A stretch of 64,000 nucleotides of DNA from Actinomycetes bacterium. GTDB taxonomy: Bacteria > Actinomycetota > Actinomycetes > S36-B12. The notes under the pieces were generated by a model, which saw only the letters and a list, made by a program, of their open reading frames with translations, was not told the origin of the DNA and did no database searches. The stretch spans positions 2,100,911 to 2,164,910 of the forward strand of contig OZ257127.1 of NCBI GenBank assembly GCA_965278965.1, in the 5' to 3' direction. Made by a program: the position numbers and the translations under genes. Shown here in pieces: positions 31,354 through 39,371 of the stretch (positions are counted from its first letter, which is position 1; each line of letters begins with the position of its first letter).

Positions 31354-32429
31354 CGACCGACCCCCCGGGCCTTCGCCTCGGTCCGTTGCGTGAGTGGCTG
31401 GTGGCGTCAGGTCTGGTCGCCGGCGACGCGCCCGCGCTCCAGCCGGTGCTTCTGCCGGGCGGGAGGTCAAACGTCAGCTACCGGCTGCCGCGCGCGGGCG
31501 GGGACTGGGTGCTCCGCCGTCCGCCGCTGGGGCACGCGATGCCCAGCGCGCACGACATGGGCCGGGAGTTCCGCGTACAGAGCGGGCTCGCCCGCGTCGG
31601 CTATCCCGTGCCCACCCCGGTCGCCGAGTGCACCGACCCCGAGGTCATCGGGGCGCCGTTCTACCTCATGACGTTCGTCGACGGTCGCGTGATCGACTCG
31701 GCTGACGCGGCCCGCGAGCTCGGCGCCGAGGGTTCGGCCCGGGCGTGCGCGAGCCTCGTCGGCACGCTCGCGCAGCTGCACACCGTCGATCCGGCCGCTG
31801 CCGGGCTCGACGGCCTCGCGCGGCGAGGCGGGTACCTCGCGCGTCAGGCCCAGCGATGGGCGAGCCAGTGGGACCTCACGCGCACACAGGAGGCGCCGGC
31901 CGTGGACCGGCTACGCGACGCCGTGACCGCGACGATCGCGGACGTGCCTGCCGGGCAGGAGGCGAGCACGCTCGTGCACGGCGACTACCGCTTCGACAAC
32001 GTCATCCTCGGGCGAGAGGCGCCGCAGGTCGCCGCCGTCCTCGACTGGGAGATGTCGACGCTCGGCGACCCGGTCGTCGACCTCGCTGTGCTGCTCGTCT
32101 ACTGGACGCAGGCCAGCGATCGGCTGCGCCGGAGCGTCCCGGTCGCGCAGCACATCATGGACGCGCCCGGCATGTGGGACCGCGCGATGATCGTGGAGGA
32201 GTACGCGCGTACGACCGGTCGGTCGCTCGACCACCTCGACGCCTGCACCGCGCTGGCCTGCTTCAAGCTGGCCGTCATCATGGAGTCGATCCGGTTCCGG
32301 GCGCTGGCCGGTCAGCAGCTCGGCGCCGGGGCGGCGGAGGTCGAGACCATGGGACAGGCGACCCTCGCGCTGGCCGAGCTCGGCCTCGCGGTGCTGGCTG
32401 ACGGCACCGTCGCTGGCCTCGCCTCCTGA
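31350..32429 (+). CDS. APH-like phosphotransferase-family kinase (acyl-CoA-dehydrogenase-associated type)
   Basis: ORF 31302..32429. GTG 31350 overlaps the thiolase stop (GTGA). Kinase motifs LVHGDYRFDNVIL and VLDWEMSTLGDP. Confidence 0.82.
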   Translation: MTTDPPGLRLGPLREWLVASGLVAGDAPALQPVLLPGGRSNVSYRLPRAGGDWVLRRPPLGHAMPSAHDMGREFRVQSGLARVGYPVPTPVAECTDPEVIGAPFYLMTFVDGRVIDSADAARELGAEGSARACASLVGTLAQLHTVDPAAAGLDGLARRGGYLARQAQRWASQWDLTRTQEAPAVDRLRDAVTATIADVPAGQEASTLVHGDYRFDNVILGREAPQVAAVLDWEMSTLGDPVVDLAVLLVYWTQASDRLRRSVPVAQHIMDAPGMWDRAMIVEEYARTTGRSLDHLDACTALACFKLAVIMESIRFRALAGQQLGAGAAEVETMGQATLALAELGLAVLADGTVAGLAS

Positions 32430-32433
32430 CCGT

Positions 32434-32504
32434 CGACGCGCCTGGAATGGTCGTCAAACGGCCGTCCAGAAGGGTTTTAGCGACCATTCAAGGCGTCTCG
32501 GCGG
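32434..32504. repeat. long-hairpin intergenic element, family 2, copy B
   Basis: Same blocks as copy A. 8-bp stem AATGGTCG/CGACCATT. The identical 14-mer AGGCGTCTCGGCGG at 32491-32504 lies 3 nt from the stop of the minus-strand gene 32508..33866. Confidence 0.6.
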
Positions 32505-32507
32505 GAG

Positions 32508-33866
32508 CTAGCGGGCGAGGGACTCCAGCCGGGCGTGCAGCTGCCCGACGATCTCGGCGGACTCCGGCTTCATGACGACGCTGCGGCAGATCCGCGCGTC
32601 GGCCCGGTCGGCGACGAGGTCGTGGCCGCGGGCGGCGAGCGCATCCGCGGACACCAGGTACTGCGCGAGGTGAATCTGATCGGCCGGCGAGGCGTCTGCG
32701 GCGGCGGCGAACAGTGCCGCGCTCGCGGCGTCGACCTCCGACAGTGACCTGACGCGCGGCAGGTACGTGACGATGTCGAGGTCGGGCGGCTGGTAGGGCG
32801 CGAGGGCGTCGCTCGTCAGGAGGAGGGCGTGCCAGTCGCGCGCACCACGGAGCCCGGCGCGCAGCGCGCGGCCGAGGCCGTCGGCGGTCAGCGGCACCAC
32901 CTCGAGCGTCAGCCACAGGGCGGCGGCCGCAGCACCGGCGCGGCTGCACTCCAGCGAGATCTCCCCCGGGTGCAGCTCGTCGGACGTGAAGTACGTGTAC
33001 GGCGAGTCGTGGAGGTAGTGCCGCGCGACCGTCGGGTCGGCGAACAGGACGGCGCCGCACCCGTATGGCTGCAGGCCGTGCTTGTGCGGGTCGATGACGA
33101 CGCTGTCCGCGCGGCGAACCGCACGGAACGGGTCGGCGCGGACGCCGTCCTCGGCGTCATCGGCGACGAGTGCGAAGAACCCGCCGTACGCCGCGTCCAC
33201 GTGCACCCGCGCCCCGTACGCGCGGGCGAGGTCGACGATCTCACCGACGGGGTCGATCGCGCCGAGACCGGTCGTACCGAGCGTCGCGACGACGGTGCCG
33301 ACCCGGTGGCTGCCCAGCACCTGCTCGAGAGCGTCGAGGTCCATCCGGCCGGCCGCGTCCGTCGGGACGGCGACCGACTCGACGCCGAGCACCTGGCACA
33401 TGCGCGCGTGCGTGTAGTGCGCCTCCGCGCTGTGGGCGACGACGGTGCCGGGCCGCTCCTCGCGCGCGACCCACAGGGCCTCGAGGTTGGCGATCGTGCC
33501 GCTGGAGGTGAGGTGGCCCAGGTGGGGCTCGACGCCGAGCATCCCGGCGAGCTGGTCGACGACCTCGCGCTCCAGCCGGGCCGTCGACGGTCCGCCGTCG
33601 AGCGCGTGGTTGTTCGGGTTGAGCAGCATGGCCGCCGTGTAGCCGATGACCGCCGCGGGGTGCGGGGGCTTGAGCATCTGCCCGACGTACCGTGGGTGGA
33701 AGAACGGGTAGGTGTCCGCCAGCCGGTCGGTCAGCCGCCCGACGGCGGCGTCGAGGTCGTCGTCGGCGACGGCCAGTGAGGGGTGCGGCTCGACCGGGCC
33801 GAACTGGTCCTGCCATCTGCGGATCGCGTCGGCGACGCGGGGCAGCCACTCGCTGAGGTCCGTCAC
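32508..33866 (-). CDS. pyridoxal-phosphate-dependent group II decarboxylase-family enzyme
   Basis: 3' part of ORF 32508..33965. Start placed at GTG 33866 (VTDLSEWLP). PLP-lysine context SVVIDPHKHGLQPYGCG, and HLTSSGTIANL. Confidence 0.82.
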   Translation of the reverse strand: MTDLSEWLPRVADAIRRWQDQFGPVEPHPSLAVADDDLDAAVGRLTDRLADTYPFFHPRYVGQMLKPPHPAAVIGYTAAMLLNPNNHALDGGPSTARLEREVVDQLAGMLGVEPHLGHLTSSGTIANLEALWVAREERPGTVVAHSAEAHYTHARMCQVLGVESVAVPTDAAGRMDLDALEQVLGSHRVGTVVATLGTTGLGAIDPVGEIVDLARAYGARVHVDAAYGGFFALVADDAEDGVRADPFRAVRRADSVVIDPHKHGLQPYGCGAVLFADPTVARHYLHDSPYTYFTSDELHPGEISLECSRAGAAAAALWLTLEVVPLTADGLGRALRAGLRGARDWHALLLTSDALAPYQPPDLDIVTYLPRVRSLSEVDAASAALFAAAADASPADQIHLAQYLVSADALAARGHDLVADRADARICRSVVMKPESAEIVGQLHARLESLAR

Positions 33867-33906
33867 CCGGTGATGATCCCGCAGCCCCCTTCCGTTTCTC
33901 CCGCTT

Positions 33907-33966
33907 TGTGGGACTGGCGGGCGGCTTGAGGCGCTGATCGCGCCCCAGCCACCCGCCAGTCCCACA
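33907..33966 (-). terminator. 60-nt extended hairpin downstream of the phosphatase gene (terminator candidate)
   Basis: TGTGGGACTGGCGGGCGG ... CCACCCGCCAGTCCCACA: 18-nt arms with one mismatch, plus an inner GGCGC/GCGCC stem. It lies 24 nt after the stop at 33990 and upstream of the next minus-strand gene. Confidence 0.55.
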
Positions 33967-33989
33967 GCTCGCCCGGTCCGGGCGTCGCG

Positions 33990-35474
33990 CTACGAGTGGT
34001 GTGGCGCCTTCGGACCGTTGCCGTGACCGGGCCCGTTCCCGTGGCCCGGGTCCTTCGGGCCGGCGGGCTTGCCGCCGAGGCCGAGGGCGTCGCGCATCGT
34101 GAAGAACAGGTCGGTCTGGTCGGTCAGGCCGACCACGTTCGCGCCCCACGGGCCGTACGCCGCGATCCGTACCTGCGAGCCGGTGTGGTCCTGAGATCCG
34201 CCGACCTCGGCCGTCCCGTAGGCGACCGTCATCGGCTTGCCGTCCGCCGTCAGCAGCGTCCGGGTGAGGCCCGGAGTCAGCGTGTTCGGGTAGACGATCT
34301 GGCTCGAGTGCGCGTGGTCGGCGGTCACGACGACGAGCGTGTGGCCGTCCTTCTTCGCGAACTCCAGCGCGACCTGCACGGCCTCGTCGAGGTCGACGGT
34401 CTCGCCGATCTGCCCGCACGGGTTCGCGGCGTGGTCCTGCTTGTCGATGCTCGCGCCCTCAACCTGCAGGAAGAACCCCTTGTCCGACTTCGGGGAGTCC
34501 AGCAGCGAGATCGCCTTGCGGGTCATGTCCTTCAGCGTCGGTGCGCTCCCGTACAGCGGGTTCGGCGTGCACGCGACCGGTGCCTCGGTCCCGCCGGTGT
34601 GCGTCGCGAGTGGCCCGACCCAGCGGGTCGGCAGGTTGCCCGGGTCGAACAGTCCGAGCAGCGGGGTCGTCTGGTCGGCCTTCGTCACGGCAGCCAGCGC
34701 TGCCGGGGTGGTGACGACCTGGTACCCGCGAGCCTGCGCCTGAGCGAGCAGGGTCTGGCCCGACCACGTCCCGGCCTTCGCGGTCTCGCCGAACGACTTT
34801 GCGCCGCCGCCGAGGGTGACATCGGCCCGCGTGGCGAGAAGCTGCTCGGAGATCGAGCCGGACCCGCCGTTCTCGAGCGCGTTCGTCGGGCACTTCGCGC
34901 TCGTCGCGACCGGTCCGTAGCAGGAGCGGTCCGTGACGTGCGAGACGAGGACGGCTGGGGTGGCGTCCTGGAGCTCCGCGGTCGAGACGTCGCCGGTGCG
35001 CAGCCCGGCGGTCTTCGCCAGCTCGAGGATCGTCGCTTGCGGGGCACCGTTGATGTCGACGGAGATGGCGCCGTTGTAGGTCTTCGTGCCGGTCGCCCAC
35101 CCGCTGCCGGAGGCGGCGGAGTCGGTGACGTAGTCGGGCTTGCCGTCGGCGCGGTCGAGCGCGTACGTCGTGTACTGGCCGGTCAAGGGCAGGGCGTCGA
35201 GCCCGGGGAACCGGCCCGCCGCCCCCTGCGCGTAGTTGCGGGCGATGGTGATCTCCGAGTCGCCCATCCCGTCGCCGATGAGCAGGATCACGTTGCGGGC
35301 GCGGCCGCCGTCGATCGCGGCGGCGAGCTTCTGCGACTGGTCGCCGGTGATCCGGCGGGCGGCGCCGTTGCCGCTGAGGTCGCTGGTCACGGCCCAGGCC
35401 GTGCCGGCGATGCCGACCGTGACCGCCGCGGCGGCGGTCACCGCCAGGGCGCGCGAGGTTCGTCGTGTCGTCAT
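33990..35474 (-). CDS. phoA: secreted alkaline phosphatase, PhoA family
   Basis: ORF track 494 aa. Signal peptide [28 protein letters not shown]. Metal and active-site blocks [32 protein letters not shown]. Confidence 0.9.
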   Translation of the reverse strand: MTTRRTSRALAVTAAAAVTVGIAGTAWAVTSDLSGNGAARRITGDQSQKLAAAIDGGRARNVILLIGDGMGDSEITIARNYAQGAAGRFPGLDALPLTGQYTTYALDRADGKPDYVTDSAASGSGWATGTKTYNGAISVDINGAPQATILELAKTAGLRTGDVSTAELQDATPAVLVSHVTDRSCYGPVATSAKCPTNALENGGSGSISEQLLATRADVTLGGGAKSFGETAKAGTWSGQTLLAQAQARGYQVVTTPAALAAVTKADQTTPLLGLFDPGNLPTRWVGPLATHTGGTEAPVACTPNPLYGSAPTLKDMTRKAISLLDSPKSDKGFFLQVEGASIDKQDHAANPCGQIGETVDLDEAVQVALEFAKKDGHTLVVVTADHAHSSQIVYPNTLTPGLTRTLLTADGKPMTVAYGTAEVGGSQDHTGSQVRIAAYGPWGANVVGLTDQTDLFFTMRDALGLGGKPAGPKDPGHGNGPGHGNGPKAPHHS

Positions 35475-35642
35475 GAGTACTCCTCCTCGTCCCGCCAGGG
35501 TGGCGGGTCTCCGCCGGGTGGGCGGACGGTCGCCAGTGGAGCGGACGCGGGTTGCGCGCGGCCGTCGTCAGGACGGGGGCCGTATGGCCACGACGTGAAC
35601 TCCACCGACACTAGGGTCGCCTCGGACCAGCCGGGAGGGCCG

Positions 35643-37412
35643 ATGGCGCAGGTGACCGTCACGCGCAGCACCTCGCGCGGGATCGCCGCGTACGTCCCGG
35701 GGATCGCCGCGGTGCGCGGGTACGACCGCCGCTGGCTCGGACGCGACGTCGTGGGCGGGCTCGTCCTCACCGCGCTCCTAGTTCCGCAGGGCATGGCGTA
35801 CGCCGAGCTGGCTGGGCTGCCGGCCGTGACCGGTCTCTACACGTCGATCCTGTGCCTGATCGGGTACGCGATCTTCGGCCCGTCCCGTGTGCTCGTCCTC
35901 GGACCGGACTCCTCGCTCGGCCCGATGATCGCCGCCACCATCCTGCCGCTGCTCGTGGCCGACGGCGATCCCGCCAGAGCCGTCGCGCTCGCGTCGATGC
36001 TCAGCCTGATCGTCGGCGGCATCCTCGTGCTCGCGGGCCTGGGCCGTCTCGGGTTGGTGGCGGACCTGTTGTCGCGGCCGACCCAGATCGGCTACATGAA
36101 TGGGCTGGCCCTGACGATCATCGTCGGACAGCTGCCGAAGCTGTTCGGGTTCTCCACGGATGCGGACGGCCTGATCGACGAGGCACGGGCGTTCCTGGAT
36201 GGCCTGCGCGCCGGTGAGACGCTGCCCGTGGCGCTCGCGACCGGCGTGTTCGCACTTGCGCTCATCCTCCTGCTGCCCCGGTGGCTCACGCGGATCCCGG
36301 CCGTCCTGCTCGCGGTCGTCGTGACGACGGTCATCGCGGCCCTCGCGGACTTCGCCGCGAAGGGCGTCTCCCTCGTCGGTGAGCTCCCGCAGGGGCTGCC
36401 GTCGTTCGAGATCCCGACGGTGCCCGTGTCCGACCTCGGTCCGCTCGCCCTCGGCGCGCTCGGCATCGCGCTCGTCGCGTTGACTGACACGGTTTCAACG
36501 TCGTCGGCCTTCGCCGCGCGCTCGGGCCAGGAGGTCCGGGCGAACCAGGAGATGGTGGGCATCGGCGCCGCAAGCCTGGCCGCCGGGCTCTTCCAGGGGT
36601 TCCCGGTCAGCACGAGCGGGTCGCGCACGGCCGTGGCCCACCAGGTCGGTGCCCGAAGCCAGCTCGCCGGCGTCGTCGGCGCGGGCGCCATCGCGGTTCT
36701 CCTGCTGTTCCTGCCGGGCCTGTTGAAGGACCTGCCGCAGCCCACGCTCGCCGCGGTGGTGATCGCGGCCGCGCTGTCGCTGGCGGACATCGCCGGGACG
36801 CGGCGGCTGTGGCACCAGCGCCGCAGCGAGTGGCTCGTCGCCGCCGTGGCCTTCCTCGGCGTCGCCCTCCTCGGAGTGCTCCCGGGCATCGCCGTCGCGG
36901 TCGGGCTCTCGGTCCTCAACGTCTTCCGGCGGTCATGGTGGTCCTACCGCACCCGGCTCGGACGGGTCGAGGGCCTCGCCGGCTTCCACGACGTCACGCG
37001 CTACCCGCAGGCCACGGAGCTCAGCGGCCTCACCCTCCTGCGGTTCGACGGGCCCCTCTTCTTCGCCAACGCGCGGTCGTTCCGGGAGACCGTCCGAGGC
37101 CTCGCTGCCGAGGGGCCGGCGTGGATCTGCCTCACCGCCGAGCCGGTGACGGACATCGACCCGACGGCGGCGGACACGCTCATCGAGCTCGTCACCGAGC
37201 TCGACGCCAGCGGGATCCGCCTCGTCCTCGCCGAGCTGAAGGACCCGGTGCGGTCCAAGCTCCAGGACTACGAGCTCGGTGACGGACTCGACGCCACCCG
37301 TTTCTTCCCTACGATCGAGGAAGCCGTGCGGGGGTACCTGGCGCAGTACCCCGACGCGCAATGGCAGGTGCCGTCGGGCCGTTCGCACCGGTCGACCGAG
37401 GAGGGTCCGTGA
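35643..37412 (+). CDS. SulP-family anion transporter with C-terminal STAS domain
   Basis: 3' part of ORF 33996..37412. ATG 35643 follows GGGAGGG. Blocks LVPQGMAYAELAGLP and GPDSSLGPM, multiple TMs, and a STAS-like tail (LLRFDGPLFFANA). Confidence 0.9.
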   Translation: MAQVTVTRSTSRGIAAYVPGIAAVRGYDRRWLGRDVVGGLVLTALLVPQGMAYAELAGLPAVTGLYTSILCLIGYAIFGPSRVLVLGPDSSLGPMIAATILPLLVADGDPARAVALASMLSLIVGGILVLAGLGRLGLVADLLSRPTQIGYMNGLALTIIVGQLPKLFGFSTDADGLIDEARAFLDGLRAGETLPVALATGVFALALILLLPRWLTRIPAVLLAVVVTTVIAALADFAAKGVSLVGELPQGLPSFEIPTVPVSDLGPLALGALGIALVALTDTVSTSSAFAARSGQEVRANQEMVGIGAASLAAGLFQGFPVSTSGSRTAVAHQVGARSQLAGVVGAGAIAVLLLFLPGLLKDLPQPTLAAVVIAAALSLADIAGTRRLWHQRRSEWLVAAVAFLGVALLGVLPGIAVAVGLSVLNVFRRSWWSYRTRLGRVEGLAGFHDVTRYPQATELSGLTLLRFDGPLFFANARSFRETVRGLAAEGPAWICLTAEPVTDIDPTAADTLIELVTELDASGIRLVLAELKDPVRSKLQDYELGDGLDATRFFPTIEEAVRGYLAQYPDAQWQVPSGRSHRSTEEGP

Positions 37413-38695
37413 CATCCAGACGCCGCGCGTGGGCGGTCGTCGCGCTCTCGGCGGGTGCGGCGCTCGTCGCGCTCCTGGTCTACCTGCTCGTCGCCGACCC
37501 GGGCCGGCTCGCCGCCGGCGTCGCGTTGCTGGTCGCTTCCGCGCTCGTCGCCGTCGCTGGCCTAGCGCGCGGTGGTGTCGTGCGCGTAGTGGCGTTCGCG
37601 GTCGCCGCCGTGGCCTTCGTCGCCGCGCTCGTGCTGCTCCTGCTGCGCGGCCACCTCGTTGAAGACGTGCTGCTCGTGGCCCTGTCCGTCCTCGCTGTCG
37701 CGGCCGTCCGGAGGGCGTTGCGTCCCAACGTCCACCTGCCGGCTGCCCCGCCGCCGCAGCGCGCGGCCATGATCTGGAACGCGCGGTCCGGCGGCGGGAA
37801 GGCGGTCGAGCACGACCTGGCCGGACAGGCGCGGCGACGGGGTATCGAGCCCGTCGAGCTCACGGCGGGCACGGACCTGCGTGCACTCGTTGAGCGGCTG
37901 GTCGACGAGGGCGCCGACGGCCTTGCCGCGGCCGGTGGCGACGGCACCCAGGCGATCGTCGCGTCCGTTGCGGCCGAACGCGACGTGCCGTTCGCGTGCA
38001 TCCCGGCGGGCACCCGGAACCACTTCGCCCTCGATCTCGGCGTCGACCGGGACGACGTCGTGGGTGCGCTCGACGCCTTCGTATCGGGCGGGGAAAGGGT
38101 CGTGGATCTCGCCGACGTCAATGGCACGACCTTCGTCAACAACTGCTCCCTGGGCGTGTACGCCGAGGCCGTCCAGCGCCGCGAGTACCGCGGCGCGAAG
38201 CTGCGAACGCTGCTGGCGACGGCCACCGATGCGCTCGGCCCGTCCGACGCCGTCGACCTCGACTACACGTGGGTCGGCGCGAACGGCGAGGAGGAGTCGG
38301 GCGCAGCCGTCATCCTGGTGTCGAACAACGTCTACCGGCTCGGGCACGGGATCGGATCCGGCACGCGCCCGCGGCTGGATGCGGGCGTGCTCGGCATCGC
38401 GGTGCTCAAGGCGCCTGGGGCTGACGACTCCGCACCGCGCCCGCTGCTGTCGACCTGGGCGACGTCGCAGTTCGATGTCGAGTCCGCGGGTGAGGTGCAC
38501 GTCGGCGTCGACGGTGAGGCGATGACGTTCGAGTCGCCGTTGGTGTTCACCGTGCGGTCGAGGGCCCTGCGCGTGCGGATCGCCCATCGCCACCCGGGCG
38601 CCTCCCCGTCGGCCGTGCAGCCCGGGACCATCCACGGCACGATCGCCCTGCTGTGGCGCATGGTCCGCGGCGAGACGATCGAAGGGCTGCAATGA
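37409..38695 (+). CDS. membrane-anchored lipid kinase of the diacylglycerol-kinase catalytic (DAGK_cat/LCB5/YegS) family
   Basis: ORF 37361..38695. GTG 37409 overlaps the SulP stop (GTGA). About four N-terminal hydrophobic segments, then NARSGGGK, AAGGDGTQ and IPAGTRNHFA. Confidence 0.78.
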   Translation: MTSRRRAWAVVALSAGAALVALLVYLLVADPGRLAAGVALLVASALVAVAGLARGGVVRVVAFAVAAVAFVAALVLLLLRGHLVEDVLLVALSVLAVAAVRRALRPNVHLPAAPPPQRAAMIWNARSGGGKAVEHDLAGQARRRGIEPVELTAGTDLRALVERLVDEGADGLAAAGGDGTQAIVASVAAERDVPFACIPAGTRNHFALDLGVDRDDVVGALDAFVSGGERVVDLADVNGTTFVNNCSLGVYAEAVQRREYRGAKLRTLLATATDALGPSDAVDLDYTWVGANGEEESGAAVILVSNNVYRLGHGIGSGTRPRLDAGVLGIAVLKAPGADDSAPRPLLSTWATSQFDVESAGEVHVGVDGEAMTFESPLVFTVRSRALRVRIAHRHPGASPSAVQPGTIHGTIALLWRMVRGETIEGLQ

Positions 38696-39336
38696 CGACC
38701 GACCCGACGACGCCGGCGGCTGAGCTGCCGCCGGTCGAGGTGCCCGTGACGGATGAGGATCGACCGGGCGGGCTCATCGCCGTGTTGCACGCCCTCGACG
38801 AGCGGGTCTACGCGCGGATCGCGACGACGCAGACGCCCCAGATCGACGCGGCACTGCGCCGGCTCTCGCATGCGGCGAACTACTCCCGCCTGTGGATCGG
38901 CTGCGGTGTGGGCCTCGCGGTGCTTGGCGGTCCGCGCGGCCGGCGGGCGGCGGTGGCCGGGCTCGCCGCGGTTGCTGTCACGTCGGCTGCGGTGAACACG
39001 GTCGGCAAGCTCACGACGAACCGGCCGCGCCCCGACCGGGTTCGGCTCGGGGTTGTCGAGGGTCGGTGGGTCCCGATGCCGACCTCGACGTCGTTCCCGT
39101 CGGGCCACTCGGCGTCGGCGTTCGCCTTCGCCGAGGGCGTCCGCACTGCGTGGCCCGCCGCCTCCGTGCCGGTCTTCGCCGCGGCCGGGGTCGTCGCGTA
39201 CTCGCGGGTGCACACCGGTGTCCACTACCCCGGCGACGTTCTCGTCGGGTCAGGCGTCGGCCTCGGCCTCGGTCGCGTGGTCGGGGGCCTGGCGTTGCGG
39301 GTGCTCGACCGGGTCCGACCCGTGCCGACCGCTTAG
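38692..39336 (+). CDS. PAP2-family lipid phosphate phosphatase
   Basis: ORF 38653..39336. ATG 38692 overlaps the kinase stop (ATGA). All three PAP2 motifs are present: KLTTNRPRP, PSGHS, SRVHTGVHYPGD. Confidence 0.85.
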   Translation: MTTDPTTPAAELPPVEVPVTDEDRPGGLIAVLHALDERVYARIATTQTPQIDAALRRLSHAANYSRLWIGCGVGLAVLGGPRGRRAAVAGLAAVAVTSAAVNTVGKLTTNRPRPDRVRLGVVEGRWVPMPTSTSFPSGHSASAFAFAEGVRTAWPAASVPVFAAAGVVAYSRVHTGVHYPGDVLVGSGVGLGLGRVVGGLALRVLDRVRPVPTA

Positions 39337-39371
39337 GGCCGAGCCGCTCGCCACGGATCGCACCGGGCGGA

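Noticed and set aside
33907-33966. A DosR/DevR binding box, because the hairpin arms contain GGGACT and AGTCCC.
   Set aside because: The two half-sites are about 45 nt apart, instead of forming the contiguous 20-bp palindrome. The location (after phoA) and the long stem fit a terminator better.
33996-35642. The 5' 1.6 kb of the 1138-aa plus-strand ORF 33996..37412.
   Set aside because: It lies antisense to the well-supported PhoA gene, and its translation is Arg/Gly/Val/Asp-rich with no motif. The SulP protein clearly begins at ATG 35643 behind GGGAGGG.
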